A stretch of 64,000 nucleotides of DNA, taken from contig OX597821.1 of the NCBI GenBank assembly GCA_951406725.2, positions 21,018,001 to 21,082,000 on the forward strand. The letters are read 5' to 3'. The position numbers and the translations under genes were made by a program. Source of the DNA: Octopus vulgaris (Eukaryota). The stretch's first letter is position 1. Every line of letters starts with the position of its first letter. Under the pieces are notes generated by a model. That model was not told where the DNA came from. It worked only from the letters and a program-made list of their open reading frames with translations, and ran no database searches. Below, piece after piece: positions 15,927 through 29,245 of this stretch.

Positions 15927-16750
15927 CACCTCCGCCTTAGCGAAGGTGAGGGTATTGTTTTCGTATTTGTCTCTTTTTTCTTTGTCCGTGGACAAGATAA
16001 CTCAAGAACCGCTAGATGGATTCGGATAAAACTTTCAAGGATGCTTGGCTCCGTAACTGATTAGGTTTTGGGATCGATCAGGTACCGGACAAGGATTCTG
16101 GATCATTTCTTATATTTACTTATTCAGTTATCTCTCTTTAATCTGTTTCCAAAGTTTTGTTTTCGTTTCTCTATTATTAATTTTGATCGCGTCTCTGTAT
16201 TTATCTCTATGGAAAAAAAAATCAAACTACATAAACCAATAGTAGCAAATCAGTTCAGAAATTAAATAACACCGACATATATTTTATAATACACATTTTT
16301 TTTATTATACATTATTAACAGTTAACAGTATACTTACATATATACATATATCCATACATCGACCTAAAACAATACGAATACTAAAGAAAGGCCGTGAACT
16401 TCTTATTATCACCTCCGCTATTGAAACCACGTGGAATGGTGAATTTGTTAACCTTGGCTTGTATTAGATAAGGATAAACTATTTATTACAGTTACTAAAT
16501 TTTCTACAAGTGATATCGATCATGTAGCAGACTAGGATTCTGGATTATTTTTTTGACTTTTTACCTAATTTTTGACAACGGTCGGGTTCATTTTTAGTAT
16601 GCTTGTTTGTGAGTGCAGTCAAGTTTATTTCGGATATTCTCATTTTAGAAATCATCTCTGGCTAATCGTTGAGAGGATGTTAGAATTGTAGTCGAGTTCT
16701 TCGATTTTCTGTTGCATTTGATGTGTGTTCGCTCCATGTGAGCCTTGTTA
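15926..16750 (+). mobile_element. DINE-1/HINE-like non-autonomous element (Helentron-associated type)
   Basis: Starts CACCTCCGCC-TTAGCGAAGGTGAGG hairpin, then TGTCCGTGGACAAGATAACTCAAGAACCGCT.GATGGATTC..ATAAAACTT; resemblance to known HINE layout, from memory. Confidence 0.55.
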
Positions 16751-16849
16751 TTGTTATATTGCTGAAGGTCTACCGCACCTAATTGTTATATTACTAAATT
16801 ATTAAATTTGTTACCTGTGAATTTTTATTTTTCTCCCCATTTATGGGTG

Positions 16850-18410
16850 AAGTTGTAAATAACGATATTATAGAAGGTCAATCAGTTCCAGCAGGCAGTT
16901 ACGCTGCAGTAACTGGGACAAGTCTAACGGCAGATGTCCTGCAAGTGAGAGAAATTCGACTGAACGATATGAATTTCAAGAAGTACAATGAAAGGACGGA
17001 GACAGCCGGAGGTTGACGCCGCCTAAGGAAATTACGGAAAAAAACTGAAAAAGGGCTGTAATATACAGAACGCCGCCCCCTGCTACAAAAAGAGTGGAAA
17101 TAGCTGCAGTAGAGGAAGTCGAAGATTGCTTGATTGAGATCAAAAGTTTAACGACGTACTGCACCAGGGAAGGAGATAAGACACAGTGGAGGTAAGCTTC
17201 GCGAGTGAACAAGAAGCGATAAAACACACCACTGTGACTATGAGAACAATTGAGTGGGTACTACTGCCAACCTACTGTGGCAGACGTGTGGCAGAGTTAG
17301 GATTGGTAGAGTACTCCCAGAAATTGACGAGGCCTGTCTAGTGACAGCCATTTTCTATAATAAAGAAGAGGAAGTCAAAATACTGAAAATCACAAGAACC
17401 ACGGAGGTAAACTGTTCACATCAGTTTACCAGACCTCCATAAAATTGCTGAGGAATTGGTATTGGCGGATAAGACGTAGCTGAGAGTTTTGGTGGAGGGA
17501 AGAGCTCTTATTTGCTTTCAATGTGGAGTACAGGGACACATGTAAGTTAAGTGTGCCCAGAAACACGAAGAGGAGGAGATAGAGAAAGAAGAAGAAGAAG
17601 AAGAAGAAGAAGAAGAAGAAGAAGAAGAAGAAGAAGAAGAAGAAGAAGAAGAAGAAGGAGTTTCAACCGTAGAGGTGCAAAGTATCGAAGAAGAGTATAC
17701 AGTGGAAAAAGAGTAACACAGACTCTCCAGCAAAAGTCCTGGGAAGAAAAGCAAAAGAAGTGGAGAGGAGACAGAGAGTGTGAAACAAGGGAAAGCGAAC
17801 GAACAGAGCCAAAAATGAAAGGCCAAAAGTGTAAGTGACAAAGTCGAAGAGCGTAAGCAGGAACCGTTACTAATAACCAGCAAGAAGGAGAAAGTACAGA
17901 AGAAAAAGGAAGATGAATAAGAAACGATAACAACAAAGAATGAGAGACATACTAGCAACAGTAGAAGAGATTGGTGAAAAAAAAACAGAGAGTGATACCA
18001 AAAGGAAAACACTTATGAAATATGATACAAAACACAAAAAGTGTAGAGATAGAGAAAAAGATAGCGAAAATGAAGAACGTAATCACAGTTAAATTGTCAC
18101 CCAGAGAACAATGTAGGTTTGAAAGCTGTTCTGCTGGAAAAAGAGAGAGAGAGAGAGAGGAGAACCAATAAAGGGATTGTTTGGTGAAAAGTTAGAAGTG
18201 ACACCATTACAGTTTCGCCTTGATGTATTGCCACCGGTAGTGGCATCCGAAGATATAAGGAGGTATTTGGCGTAAATGAGGGTAAGTGAAGAAATTAAGA
18301 ACTGAATAATTAATGACTTCGTGTAATTTTTTTTCAAAGGGAAAACCTACACATACAAGACAGGTATTGAAGGTGTTAGTAAAATTTCATATAAAAGCAG
18401 TAACATGAAA
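16850..18410 (+). pseudogene. Decayed Tx1/L1-like ORF1 relic with (GAA)n expansion
   Basis: Broken frames give VEVSFASEQEAIKH...LPTYCGRRVARVRIGRVLPEIDE, homologous to ORF 19350-19619. Confidence 0.5.
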
Positions 18411-18511
18411 CTACCTACTTATGAGGAAGAGGGGCAGGTAATTCCTTCCATCCTTATTTTTCATTGTATCCATAATTTCATACGATATGTGTTTTTTTAT
18501 ATACCCCATTG

Positions 18512-18624
18512 TGTGGAGGCGCAATGGCCTAGTGGTTAGGCCAGCGGACTTGCGGTTGTAGGATCGCGGTTTCGATTCCCAGACCGGGCGTTGTCTGTGT
18601 TTATTGAGCGTAAACACCCAAAAA
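18512..18624 (+). mobile_element. SINE family B 5' part (tRNA-derived head)
   Basis: GGAGGCGCAATGGCCTAGTGGTTAGG...GGTTTCGATTCCC; matches 40720-40832 on the minus strand. Confidence 0.85.
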
Positions 18625-19129
18625 GTGTCTATTATATGTTGTTGTTTAATTCGTTTTGCACGCCATCTGTCCCTCCGTAGCGGAGATAGGAGAATGTTGT
18701 TATTCAAAGCCCCATTTTATTGGCGATACAAACCTTTGTGTCTTCAAATGTCTTCCAAAATTTGCTTCGAAGAAAGTAAACATTCAAGATGGCGATGAAA
18801 ATCGGGAGTGTAAATATATAAAGAAGGTGGTACGGCAATTTGCACGAGGACTTTCCCGTCCTCCGCACCATGATCGGCAGTAGAAAGCATGAAGGAAGAA
18901 GAAGGGGAAGGGGAAGAAGAAGAAGGAGAAGAAGAAGAAGGAGAAGGGGAAGAAGAAGAAGCAGAACAAGAAGAAGAAGAAGGCGAGAGGAAAGCAGGAG
19001 TAAAGTATTCCTCATTATATGAACATTATAGTAGCACGAAGAACAACATTCAAAGCAACTGCTGCAAAGAGTCTAACAAAATGGAGTTAGCGGCGGGAAA
19101 GAGACTTTTGTAACTATCACGGCTGGTAA

Positions 19130-19640
19130 GGAATTGGTTAACATCTCGCTGGATAACAAAATAGAAAAACTAAACAAGGTAGCAGAATATATGAAAATGA
19201 ATGGAAGGAGGCCAGCATTAACGCCTCCACGTGACTTGCCTGAATCGGACTTGCTTCAAACGAACTGTTGCTTACGGGTGCGTGAACACGAAAACAAGGA
19301 GACTCGAAAATGCTAAACGCGACAAGGTGGAAAAAACTTTGAAAGATATATGGCAAATATCCTCCACATTGCAAGAGCGAGGCAGTACAGTGGAGTAGAG
19401 GTCGTTTTTAAGAACGAGGAGCAGGCGATACAGAGCACGGTGACTACACCTCGCACCGAGGAAATCGCCTTCTTCCTAATGTACGTGGGAAAAAGGGCGG
19501 TACGTATTTCAGTATCTGGTGTCCCACCAGGCCCGGATTTATGGTGGGTTCTTGCCTGTTTTGGTTACGGTGGGGTACAGAATATCCTGGATATTAAAAG
19601 ATCGAGGAGGGAGAATTAGGTTGAGACTATCTTGAAGGTA
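19130..19640 (+). pseudogene. Second decayed Tx1/L1-like ORF1 relic
   Basis: ARARQYSGVEVVFKNEEQAI...MYVGKRAVRISVSGVPP; similar to the 17.2-kb relic; follows a GAA-rich tract. Confidence 0.5.
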
Positions 19641-20634
19641 TAAACATTTGTACTTCCGTTTATGTGTTACTCAGAAGTAGAAATTCAGAGCCGATCATCT
19701 ATCAGGAAGGTCTTTGACAATATAGGATGTGAAGAAATGAGAAACCTAGGACTTATATTTACTATATTACACCACAGAATAGTGAGGCAGCTTCGCAAAT
19801 TAACTTCAGTCCAGAGACATGCTCCAAATACTCGCCACAGAGCGAATGGTCCCCAAAAGGCGCAGTACGGTTATTTGCTTCTCATAGTTTCCTCGTTGTC
19901 AATTTCAAATGTGGCTTTGCTATTGAGTTGAAGCTGCTGTAGTATGTTGGTATTCAACATGGAAGTGACCCTTTCACGAGATGATCAACACCATTAGAAC
20001 GTGAGATAGAGTGCTTCGAAGTATTTGTTATGAATCTCAACGCACCGAGTTCAAATCCTGCTGAGATCAGCTTGGCATTTCATCCTTTCGGTGGTCGAGG
20101 GTAGGGGATAAAATAATGTTTCAATTTAGGGACGTGGATTGATAGAACTATAAAAATAGCTGACCAAATATCTAGCTGTATTTGTTTCGGCTTTTTTGCG
20201 TTCTGAGTTCAAATCCCACCATGAGCTATTCCACATATTCACACTTTCTTTAAATGCATGCACACACACAGACACAAACAGATCGAAACACATGAACAGA
20301 CGCACCACAAATGAGCAAATTTATTGATACATGCATACACAAACAGATGGACTTTAGATTAACGACCGAAGACGATGCCATTATGTAGGACTGAGAGAGG
20401 TTTTTTGATCCTGCTTAAAATTTAGCGTATGACAATTTCAGTGTCGTGAGACTCGAAAAGTAATCATATCTGAATATACATATATCGCTTAATATCAATA
20501 ACTCTGTTTCTATGTAAGTAACTGTGTGTGTGTGTGTGTGTGAGTGTGTAATTGTGTAATTGTGTGTCTATGTGCTTGTCTGTGTGTATGTGTCTGTGCG
20601 TGCGTGCGTGTTGTACCTAAGCTGAATTACTTTC

Positions 20635-20673
20635 TCCCGACTCGAGTTTCTTGAAGCGCCGATCGTCAGGGAA
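20635..20673 (-). ncRNA. Minimal type I hammerhead ribozyme
   Basis: Minus: UUCC-CUGACGA-UCGG cgcu UCAA-GAAA-CUCGAG-UC-GGGA; palindromic stem III CUCGAG, GUC site, one mismatch in stem II. Confidence 0.7.
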
Positions 20674-21794
20674 TAAGTGATGTACAATCTCATTTTACCT
20701 AGAATTTTATATCCATACATTTGAGCTCATCATTTGCTTTCCCTCTTTCGATTAAAATTTTTGTTGTCTTTTTCTTTTACTTTTATTTAATTGTTTTTAC
20801 TATTTGCTCTGTTTAGCAAGTATTTGGATGATAATTTACATTGTTTTTTATTTGTCTTTTTTGTGCTCATGAGACATTTCAGAAAATTTATATGTTTGGT
20901 TGCATGTTTTATTATTTCCATCTTTGATATTTGGTTTTTTGTTTTCCGTTTTTATTTTATCTTCACATCATCCCGATGTACTAAAACAGAAACATAATAG
21001 TTATTGTATAAATTCGAGAATAACTTTGAGTTTTGCGTATATTTCTATCTTGAAGATCCCCAAGATGCGTTGGTATTGGCTTTCCAAACACTTCTCTATT
21101 TTTACTCTGTTATTTATTCAGTATTACACTTTTCAAAATTTACTCCTACATGTCTATGATTTGGTGTGACGTATACTTGCTTGCGTTTTGACTATACTTT
21201 GTGTCTCTTGATACGTCGCTGTTTAGTGTTCGTATGACATGCAATAGATGTATTTTTGTGTAACTGTAGCTAAATAACAATGAACATAATCTCCCACAGT
21301 TTTTTAAATACATAAAACATGTCATGCAAACACTGAAAAGCAACATCTCAAGAGGTCGTGTCGAGCTGCTGACATCAAAATAAATTCAATCTTAAAAAAT
21401 CTGCCAGTAGTACAAACAGCATAGTCAAATACATATCAGCAACAGCTTTGTTTGTCAAAGCACAAATAGGCCAGACCCATCAGAAAAGTAACCCGCAAAA
21501 GAACACCTGAAATAAAGATAAAAACAAGCATTAACCCTTTAAAATATGTACAGAAATCAAATGATAAATAAATGATCCAATCACACACACATAGATACAC
21601 AAACACGCGCATATAAATAGAAACATGTAGAAATATCTTCCAGAATTCACAAAAATAAGGTAAGAAAACGATGTCCCTGTTGCACAAAACTGTCCATCAA
21701 AAAGGCGATGACTAACAAATAGTAATCTACACTTGTAATTTGAAACATTGGTTGTTAGCATTTAAACAATTATATCAAATGACAAAAGCAGTAT

Positions 21795-22385
<591 letters not shown>

Positions 22386-22790
22386 AGTAACACCTGAATA
22401 AAACCCTAATTGTTTTGGCAAACAGGATAGAACCTCTGTAGAATATCATCAAAATATGTTTGATATACAGAAAATAATCCCGTAAACTCCTAATATTAGC
22501 AACTCTTGGAACGGCAGAAAGCTAAACGTAAACGAAAGTAACTTGAATGATGCAGTAAAATATTACATAATCAATCAAGCACAAAGGACACAAACAGAAA
22601 GAAAATTTCAATCCATTCAACTTTTAATTAAAGATAAAATCTCCTGGCTAATAGCTCTGGTTATACAGAACTAGATATATCTAATCTTCGCAGTTTCCTT
22701 CTGAACACACGACTGAAGCACAATACAAACAGTGTGTGTGTGCGCGCGCAGGTGTCCGTATTAGTACGTTATGTACGTGTGTGATTTTGT

Positions 22791-22839
<49 letters not shown>

Positions 22840-23668
22840 AGTGGGCTTGTTAGTGTGAAAGAAGCAAATAGATGCGATCAAAAAAGTATGCAACTTTACT
22901 TCCTCGCGCCATAACTAGTGTGCGCTCGTCGGAATTTCGATTTCACTAGATTGTGCCAAAATGTTAGAAATAATGAAGCACAAACAATCCAGAAGATATC
23001 ATCAGGCCTTTAGAGGCACTACTGCTTGAAACATGCCCACGGCTCAAATGATAGCGAGACATAATCAAGCAAGCCATCCACAAACCGAAACGAGGTGCTG
23101 ATTCATGCTCGGCCAATTATCATAGTCCACGTTTAACAGTCCACGAAATTGCTCACGGAGTGGAAATAAGCACATGATCAGTACAAACACAAACAAACAC
23201 ACGCACGCAGACACGTCCTCATATTTACTGAGACAAACATGCATGCATACACCAACACACTCAACATTTATATACGTGAGCGTACAAGAGCACACAAGCT
23301 CGTAAACTCACAGGTACCACTGAAAGTCTTACCAAGAAGCACTGTCGACACCAATTTGCCGCCACCAATTTCCTAGCCCGCCACTCGGTCAAAAAAGCTA
23401 TTTTCACCCATCTACCTGCAGTCGCTTATTTAGCAATTCCACGAACCGTTACATCACGTGACCTTCTTTGCAGCCCATCTACCGACAGCCATCTTGGACT
23501 TCCTGCACCTCTCCAGATATTCGGATTATTACCTACCTGACAGGAAAGATTCCGTTATAGACTTTGAAACTTCAAGTAGCATCGAACCCGAATGAAACTA
23601 TCAAAATAATACATGTAACTACCAAGAAATGTGTTGAGTGCTATTTCTTTCGTTTGTCCATTCACTCT

Positions 23669-23747
<79 letters not shown>

Positions 23748-23939
23748 ATGTACGTATACTTACATGCAAATAAAAAGTGTACGAATATAGTGCTCTTATA
23801 TTTTCTTGGGTCCGTCTAGGTTGGAGCAGTCTCGAGTGTAACCGGCCGAAACCGCAGGGATGATCTGGAACTCGACTGACGACAGAAGGCTCCGAATGAC
23901 CCTACACACAGCCACCACCCCCCACACACACACATACGC

Positions 23940-23988
<49 letters not shown>

Positions 23989-24155
23989 TAGTTATCGCCA
24001 TACTAATATGGTAGTCTATAATTATAAGACTAAAGCTGTCGCTGATTAGCTCCAAGAGGCCATCGCCTCTAGCTAGTTATTTGACACACGAACCTGCGTT
24101 CATTACAAACCTTCGAACAGAGGAGGTCAGCCGCTTCACCTTGCTAGTCAGACAT

Positions 24156-24196
24156 CTGCAGACATGTTCTAGGGTTGTTGCCCTTTATCAATGCAG
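24156..24196 (-). ncRNA. Minimal hammerhead, U3:A8 variant (GAAA altered to AGAA)
   Basis: Minus: CUGCA-UUGAUAA-AGGG caacaa CCCU-AGAA-CAUG-UC-UGCAG. Confidence 0.65.
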
Positions 24197-24246
24197 TGTA
24201 GTCAGACCCGCAGGTGTCGCTACTGACCGTCTGTTCGAAGACTACG

Positions 24247-24287
24247 CTGCATTGATAAAGGACAACAACCATGAAACATGTCTGCAG
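24247..24287 (+). ncRNA. Minimal hammerhead, U3:A8 variant (stem II partly mismatched)
   Basis: CUGCA-UUGAUAA-AGGAcaacaaCCAU-GAAA-CAUG-UC-UGCAG. Confidence 0.7.
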
Positions 24288-24514
24288 ATGTCTGACTAGC
24301 AAGGTGAAGCGGCTGACCTCCCCTGTTTGAAGGTTTGTAATGGACGCAGGTTCGTGTGTCAAATTGCTAGCTTGAGGCCATGGCCTCTTGGAGCTAATCA
24401 GCGACAGCTTTAGTCTTATATTTATAGACTACCATATTAGTATGGTGATAACTATTAATATCCAGTAACGCTGCCGTAATCTCCTTTAAAGAGACTTAGT
24501 AATTTTAATATTTC

Positions 24515-24560
<46 letters not shown>

Positions 24561-24567
24561 ATATATA

Positions 24568-24706
24568 CGATGGTCGTCTATCAGTTTCCATCTACCAAAA
24601 CCACTCACAAGACTTTGACCGGCCCCGAAGCTACAGTGGAACACACTTTCCCAAGTTCCACGTTGTCAAGAAGGAAGCTTCTCAATACACAGCCACGCCT
24701 GCGCCT
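24568..24706 (-). mobile_element. SINE family A, degenerate 5' fragment
   Basis: Similarity to 58797-58960. Confidence 0.7.
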
Positions 24707-25767
24707 TTGTCTTAAATTGTATAACAAAAGAGTCATGGATCACTCGCGGCATACAGTCTGGAGAGCTTCGATTTCGAACAGAGTTGAAGATTTTCGAGTT
24801 TTACAGTTTAATATCAATAGCGTTGCGTGTGTTGCTCATCTTTCCTTAAATAGTCTTTATGCACAAAATTATTCATTTCTCACGTTGGTATAGGATTACA
24901 CCAGCGCGCCTATGTGAGTATTAGTATTTTATGCCGGAAGACCTGTTTCAATATCATGTATATATATAAAAATAATAAACTGCAAACCTTGTGGAACAGA
25001 GGAGAGGAAGTTCAACATTCATAAGAGATAAACGAAAAATGGATCCAATACTGCAAAGACAAAATATTTGTGAATAGCTCCTTAAATACATTTCGAGGTT
25101 CAAAAGTTATTTAAAATTTCTGGCTGAGAAAGAAATCCCAGGTGGAAGGAATGTGAAGCTCTCGAAAGAGCAAACATCTATTTGTATTTCTATGCGTGTT
25201 CATTGAAAATATATGTAGCGAATGTGCACAATAACAGGTCATGCTTCGTCTGCTTTCCATTTCTTAAATTTTGTAGACGCAAATTTTATTACATGCATCA
25301 TAGAGGATCGTTTACATCTAATTATTTATTATCATTCGATGTCCATGCTGTCACGCAAGCGGGCATTTTGTGAACCTTTTTGAGGTTCTGCGTGTAGAAA
25401 ATGGTGTGAGTGCTGTATGTATGTGAGTGTATGGTTTTGTTTGAGTTCGCCTGTATGTAGGATGTTGAATTATTAATGAGTAATATGTGTAGTGTCACCG
25501 TGACGTTTTTCAAATTAATGGCTCTGTGTGTTTGTGTGTGAGGCAAATTAGTGTAAGACTTGTTTATTTTAAATATATTTATTTTTTACATCTGATTATC
25601 CTACATATAACTAAGAGAATTCCTTTAAAATAAGCAATTAGCTTGCTCTGTGATCCTGATTAACACTAAATAACTTTTACACACAGATGTGGACACATAT
25701 TTACATGGTCATACTTTGAATACGTACATAAACACCACACACCAATATACCTGTGAAGACAGGTAGC

Positions 25768-25800
<33 letters not shown>

Positions 25801-25806
<6 letters not shown>

Positions 25807-26213
25807 AGAGTAAATAATTTCTTTAATGGTTTTAAAAAAAAAACAACAATTATTTATTGTTAGATTTCGGCATGTACATATAACCATTAACGGTAGGAAT
25901 TTCTGTAAAGTTCAGTATATATATATTGTATATAATTAAAAGGGGCAGGCAACAGGTTGCTTGGCCGCATACCGAAAAAAATTAGAAATAGCAGTCATAG
26001 ACTGTTTATTGCTATTTTCTATAAATGGGACTCCACATACGACATATCCCTATAATTCACATATGCAAAATTCACATATAGTTTTGCATATGTGAATTAC
26101 AGGGATATGTCGTATGTGGAGTCCCATTTGTAGAAAATAGAAATAAACAGTCTATGACTGCTATTTCTAAATTTTTCGGTATGCGGCCAAGCAACCTGTT
26201 TCCTGCCCTTTTA

Positions 26214-26216
<3 letters not shown>
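25801..26216. mobile_element. Foldback element with ~130-bp near-perfect arms between (TA)n; same family as 53840-54432
   Basis: About 25938-26070 is the reverse complement of about 26082-26213; shares GCAACAGGTTGC and AGAAATAGCAGTC with the 54-kb copy. Confidence 0.85.
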
Positions 26217-26283
<67 letters not shown>

Positions 26284-26301
26284 TGTCTCAAAGAAGGTCA
26301 C

Positions 26302-26351
<50 letters not shown>

Positions 26352-28320
26352 CGGGTATGCGTACGCGCATGTGTGTATATATATTTACAAACATTTAGAA
26401 ATACAATACATCCGTAGATACAGACACACTCAGAATTATGTAATATTCTTTTTTGTGGCCAGTCTTTTCCATCTATGGTACCTGAGAGAAACCGTGAAAT
26501 AGTTTCACTATTTCTTTGTATATTTGTGTTCGAGAGATAAAATACATTATTCTAATCTCTTCTCTAACACCATCTCCATGTTTCATCTCCTGTTATTTTG
26601 AAGCACTACTTACTTCTTACGTATTTTTATTCTTTCTCTTGGTTGAGTTTTCTTCTTCTTTATATAATTGTATCATTTTTTTGTTTGTTTTCTAAGTATT
26701 CTAAGTTTCCTTTCAATAATATCAGATGACAAGAGAAACATTCTGATAGCAATAATGTGTCTATACAATAACATCACTAAACAAATGATGCTAGGAAGTT
26801 CTGATTGAATGTCAGACTTTTGCAGCTATTCTTCTTGATGTATATACAGTGCGTATGCTTCACATACTCACTTTCCATCCTTCGCTATAGAGTGGATTAG
26901 CTAGCATGACACATAACATACCATTGTTTGCGATACACTTTGAGTATCTTTTTAGAGCCGTTTCACTTGCCTCACTTCTTGTACGATCTCAGACCACGGG
27001 TTGACAAATTTCTTTTGTCATTGACCCCTTTCGTAAGATCGCCGAACCTTATTGACCACCATAGAGTCAATATCTGAAATAAAATTAAAAAGTATAACTT
27101 ATAGAAAAATGTATTGATTTGAAAACAATAATTCAATTCGTTCTTTTGTGCTTTTACCGGATTTCGATAAGAAATATTTAAAGATGTTTAATGGAAATAC
27201 TAAAGGAAATTGATAAGGAACAATAAAACTTCAATCATAGTTGGAGTATTCAACGTAAAACATGTGCTACGTTAGAAGTTATTGTATCGATATTTTTCTG
27301 GAAATTCGTGCAATGCTCCACGGTCTGTTCGGTAATACTTCTACAAATCTCCGCAAAAGGTCTGCAGTTTTACTAGGAAGAATATAGTCAATTGCATCGA
27401 CACCAACACTTTACAAGTACTATATTCATTCGTCTCCGAAATTGGCAAGTTGAACTTAGAACGTTAAAATCCAGAAGTTTCACCAAGTATCGTTTTCGAC
27501 GCAATAACGATTTTGCCAGCTCCTCGACTTCATTTCGCTAATACTTCAGTACCCTAATGCTCAAATCCATTTAAAATATTTTGATATTCTCGGATAGCTA
27601 TATTGACCACATGTTGTCAATACTAATCCTCCTATCACCAAGATAACCATTCAAATCTGAGCAGTGAGCCTGTTGTTCTATTTGATGTGAACTGATCGCT
27701 TTTCAATTGTGAAAGGCAGTGCGATACGTAGAACCCCAAGAACACAACGCTAGCATCTTTGCGGCATTTGCTTCCGTCCCTTTAACTTCTAAATATAAAT
27801 CCACCGAGGACCATCTTTATCTTTCACGTTTTCTAGGTCGATAGTCAAAGTACCAGACACAAAGTAAAATCTGTAAAACTGAATTTTACATTTCTCTAAA
27901 ACCCACCTCATTATATCTATAACAGAAGACAACATATACAAATGTGTATACAAGCACTATAATTTTTGATTTCAAAACCGAATTTCTTTTTCCAAAACAC
28001 ATTTTTAGAGCACAGCAGTTAAAAGTAATCAAATAGAATCTCAGACACATTTTTATAACTAATTTAACGTTCTATCTTTTACAAAGAGCATATTTTTCCC
28101 ATTTTCTCTTTTTTTTAATGAAGATTTTAAAAAAACTATAACTATAAAATTTAGCAAGGCAATCCTACCCCTGAAAATTGTATCAATTTTATTGCATCAT
28201 TTAAATTTATAAAACGAAATTTTCTTGTTAGTAAAATAGGTATTTTAAAGTATCGTCACATTTTGCTGAAGTAGTGTAGCTGCTGCTATCCTGAATTATA
28301 ATTGTTTATTTTCTTCCCGA

Positions 28321-28730
28321 AGGCGGCGATCTGGCAGAGATGTTAGCACGCCGGGTGAAATGCTTACCGGTATTTCGTCTGCCGCTACGTTCTGAGTTCA
28401 AATTCCGCCGAGGTCGACTTTGCCTTTCATCCTTTCGGGGTCGATTAAATTAGTACCATTTACGCACTGGGGTCGATGTGATCGACTTAATCCCTTTGTC
28501 TTTCCTTGTTTGTCCCCTCTGTGTGATAGTAAAGAAATAGGTATTTCGTCTTTCGACTGCCGTTGCCTTCTGAGTTCAAATTGCGCCGAGGTCGACTTTG
28601 CCTTTCATCCTTTCGGGGTCGATAACTAAAGTACCAGTTACGCACTGATGTCGATATAATCGACTTAATCCCTTTGTCTGTCTTTGTTTATCTCCTCTAT
28701 GTTTAGCCCCTTGTGCGCAATAAAGAAATG
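28321..28730 (+). mobile_element. SINE family D (Meta-domain-like) with internally duplicated 3' half and 24-bp target-site duplication
   Basis: GGTCGACTTTGCCTTTCATCCTTTCGGGGTCGAT occurs twice; TATAATTGTTTATTTTCTTCCCGA at 28297-28320 and 28731-28754. Confidence 0.9.
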
Positions 28731-28813
28731 TATAATTGTTTATTTTCTTCCCGACCACTGTAAGAGTTCCCCCACAATTATTATAAAGACTACTATTACG
28801 CATTTATTTACTC

Positions 28814-28876
<63 letters not shown>

Positions 28877-29208
28877 TGATAATAATAATAATAATGATAA
28901 TAAGAATAATATTAATAATAATAATAATAATTATTATTATTGTTATTATTATTATTATGATTATTATTTCTATGGCTGAGCAATAACAAATTCATCATTA
29001 CATCTGGTAACAGAACTGAAAATAATATGCACCATCACATGGGTACCATGGTATTCTAAGTTTGATGTCATAAGATACGTAATAAAAATTTTCAACGTTA
29101 TTAGAATATTGAATGCAAAAGTGTAGGGCTCTCTTTGTGTATGTATGCATGCGTATATATATATATATATATATAAATACATGTATGTATATATATACTT
29201 ATATATAC

Positions 29209-29245
<37 letters not shown>

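Larger units (their letters stand above)
23983..24460. mobile_element. Foldback element with ~220-bp inverted arms, each carrying a hammerhead, next to (TA)n
   Basis: 23983-24203 is the reverse complement of 24240-24460 with scattered mismatches; 36-nt spacer. Confidence 0.9.

Noticed and set aside
18512-18590. tRNA gene (also 40755-40832 and other SINE heads)
   Set aside because: tRNA-like A/B boxes continue into a SINE body; no complete acceptor stem
22925-23010. Minus-strand CUGAUGA...GAAA with a 9-bp helix between them
   Set aside because: Stem II is offset from the core by 6 nt and stem I does not close
24081-24362. Mirror-image 72-aa ORFs on both strands
   Set aside because: A by-product of the palindrome, with TTG starts and no domain
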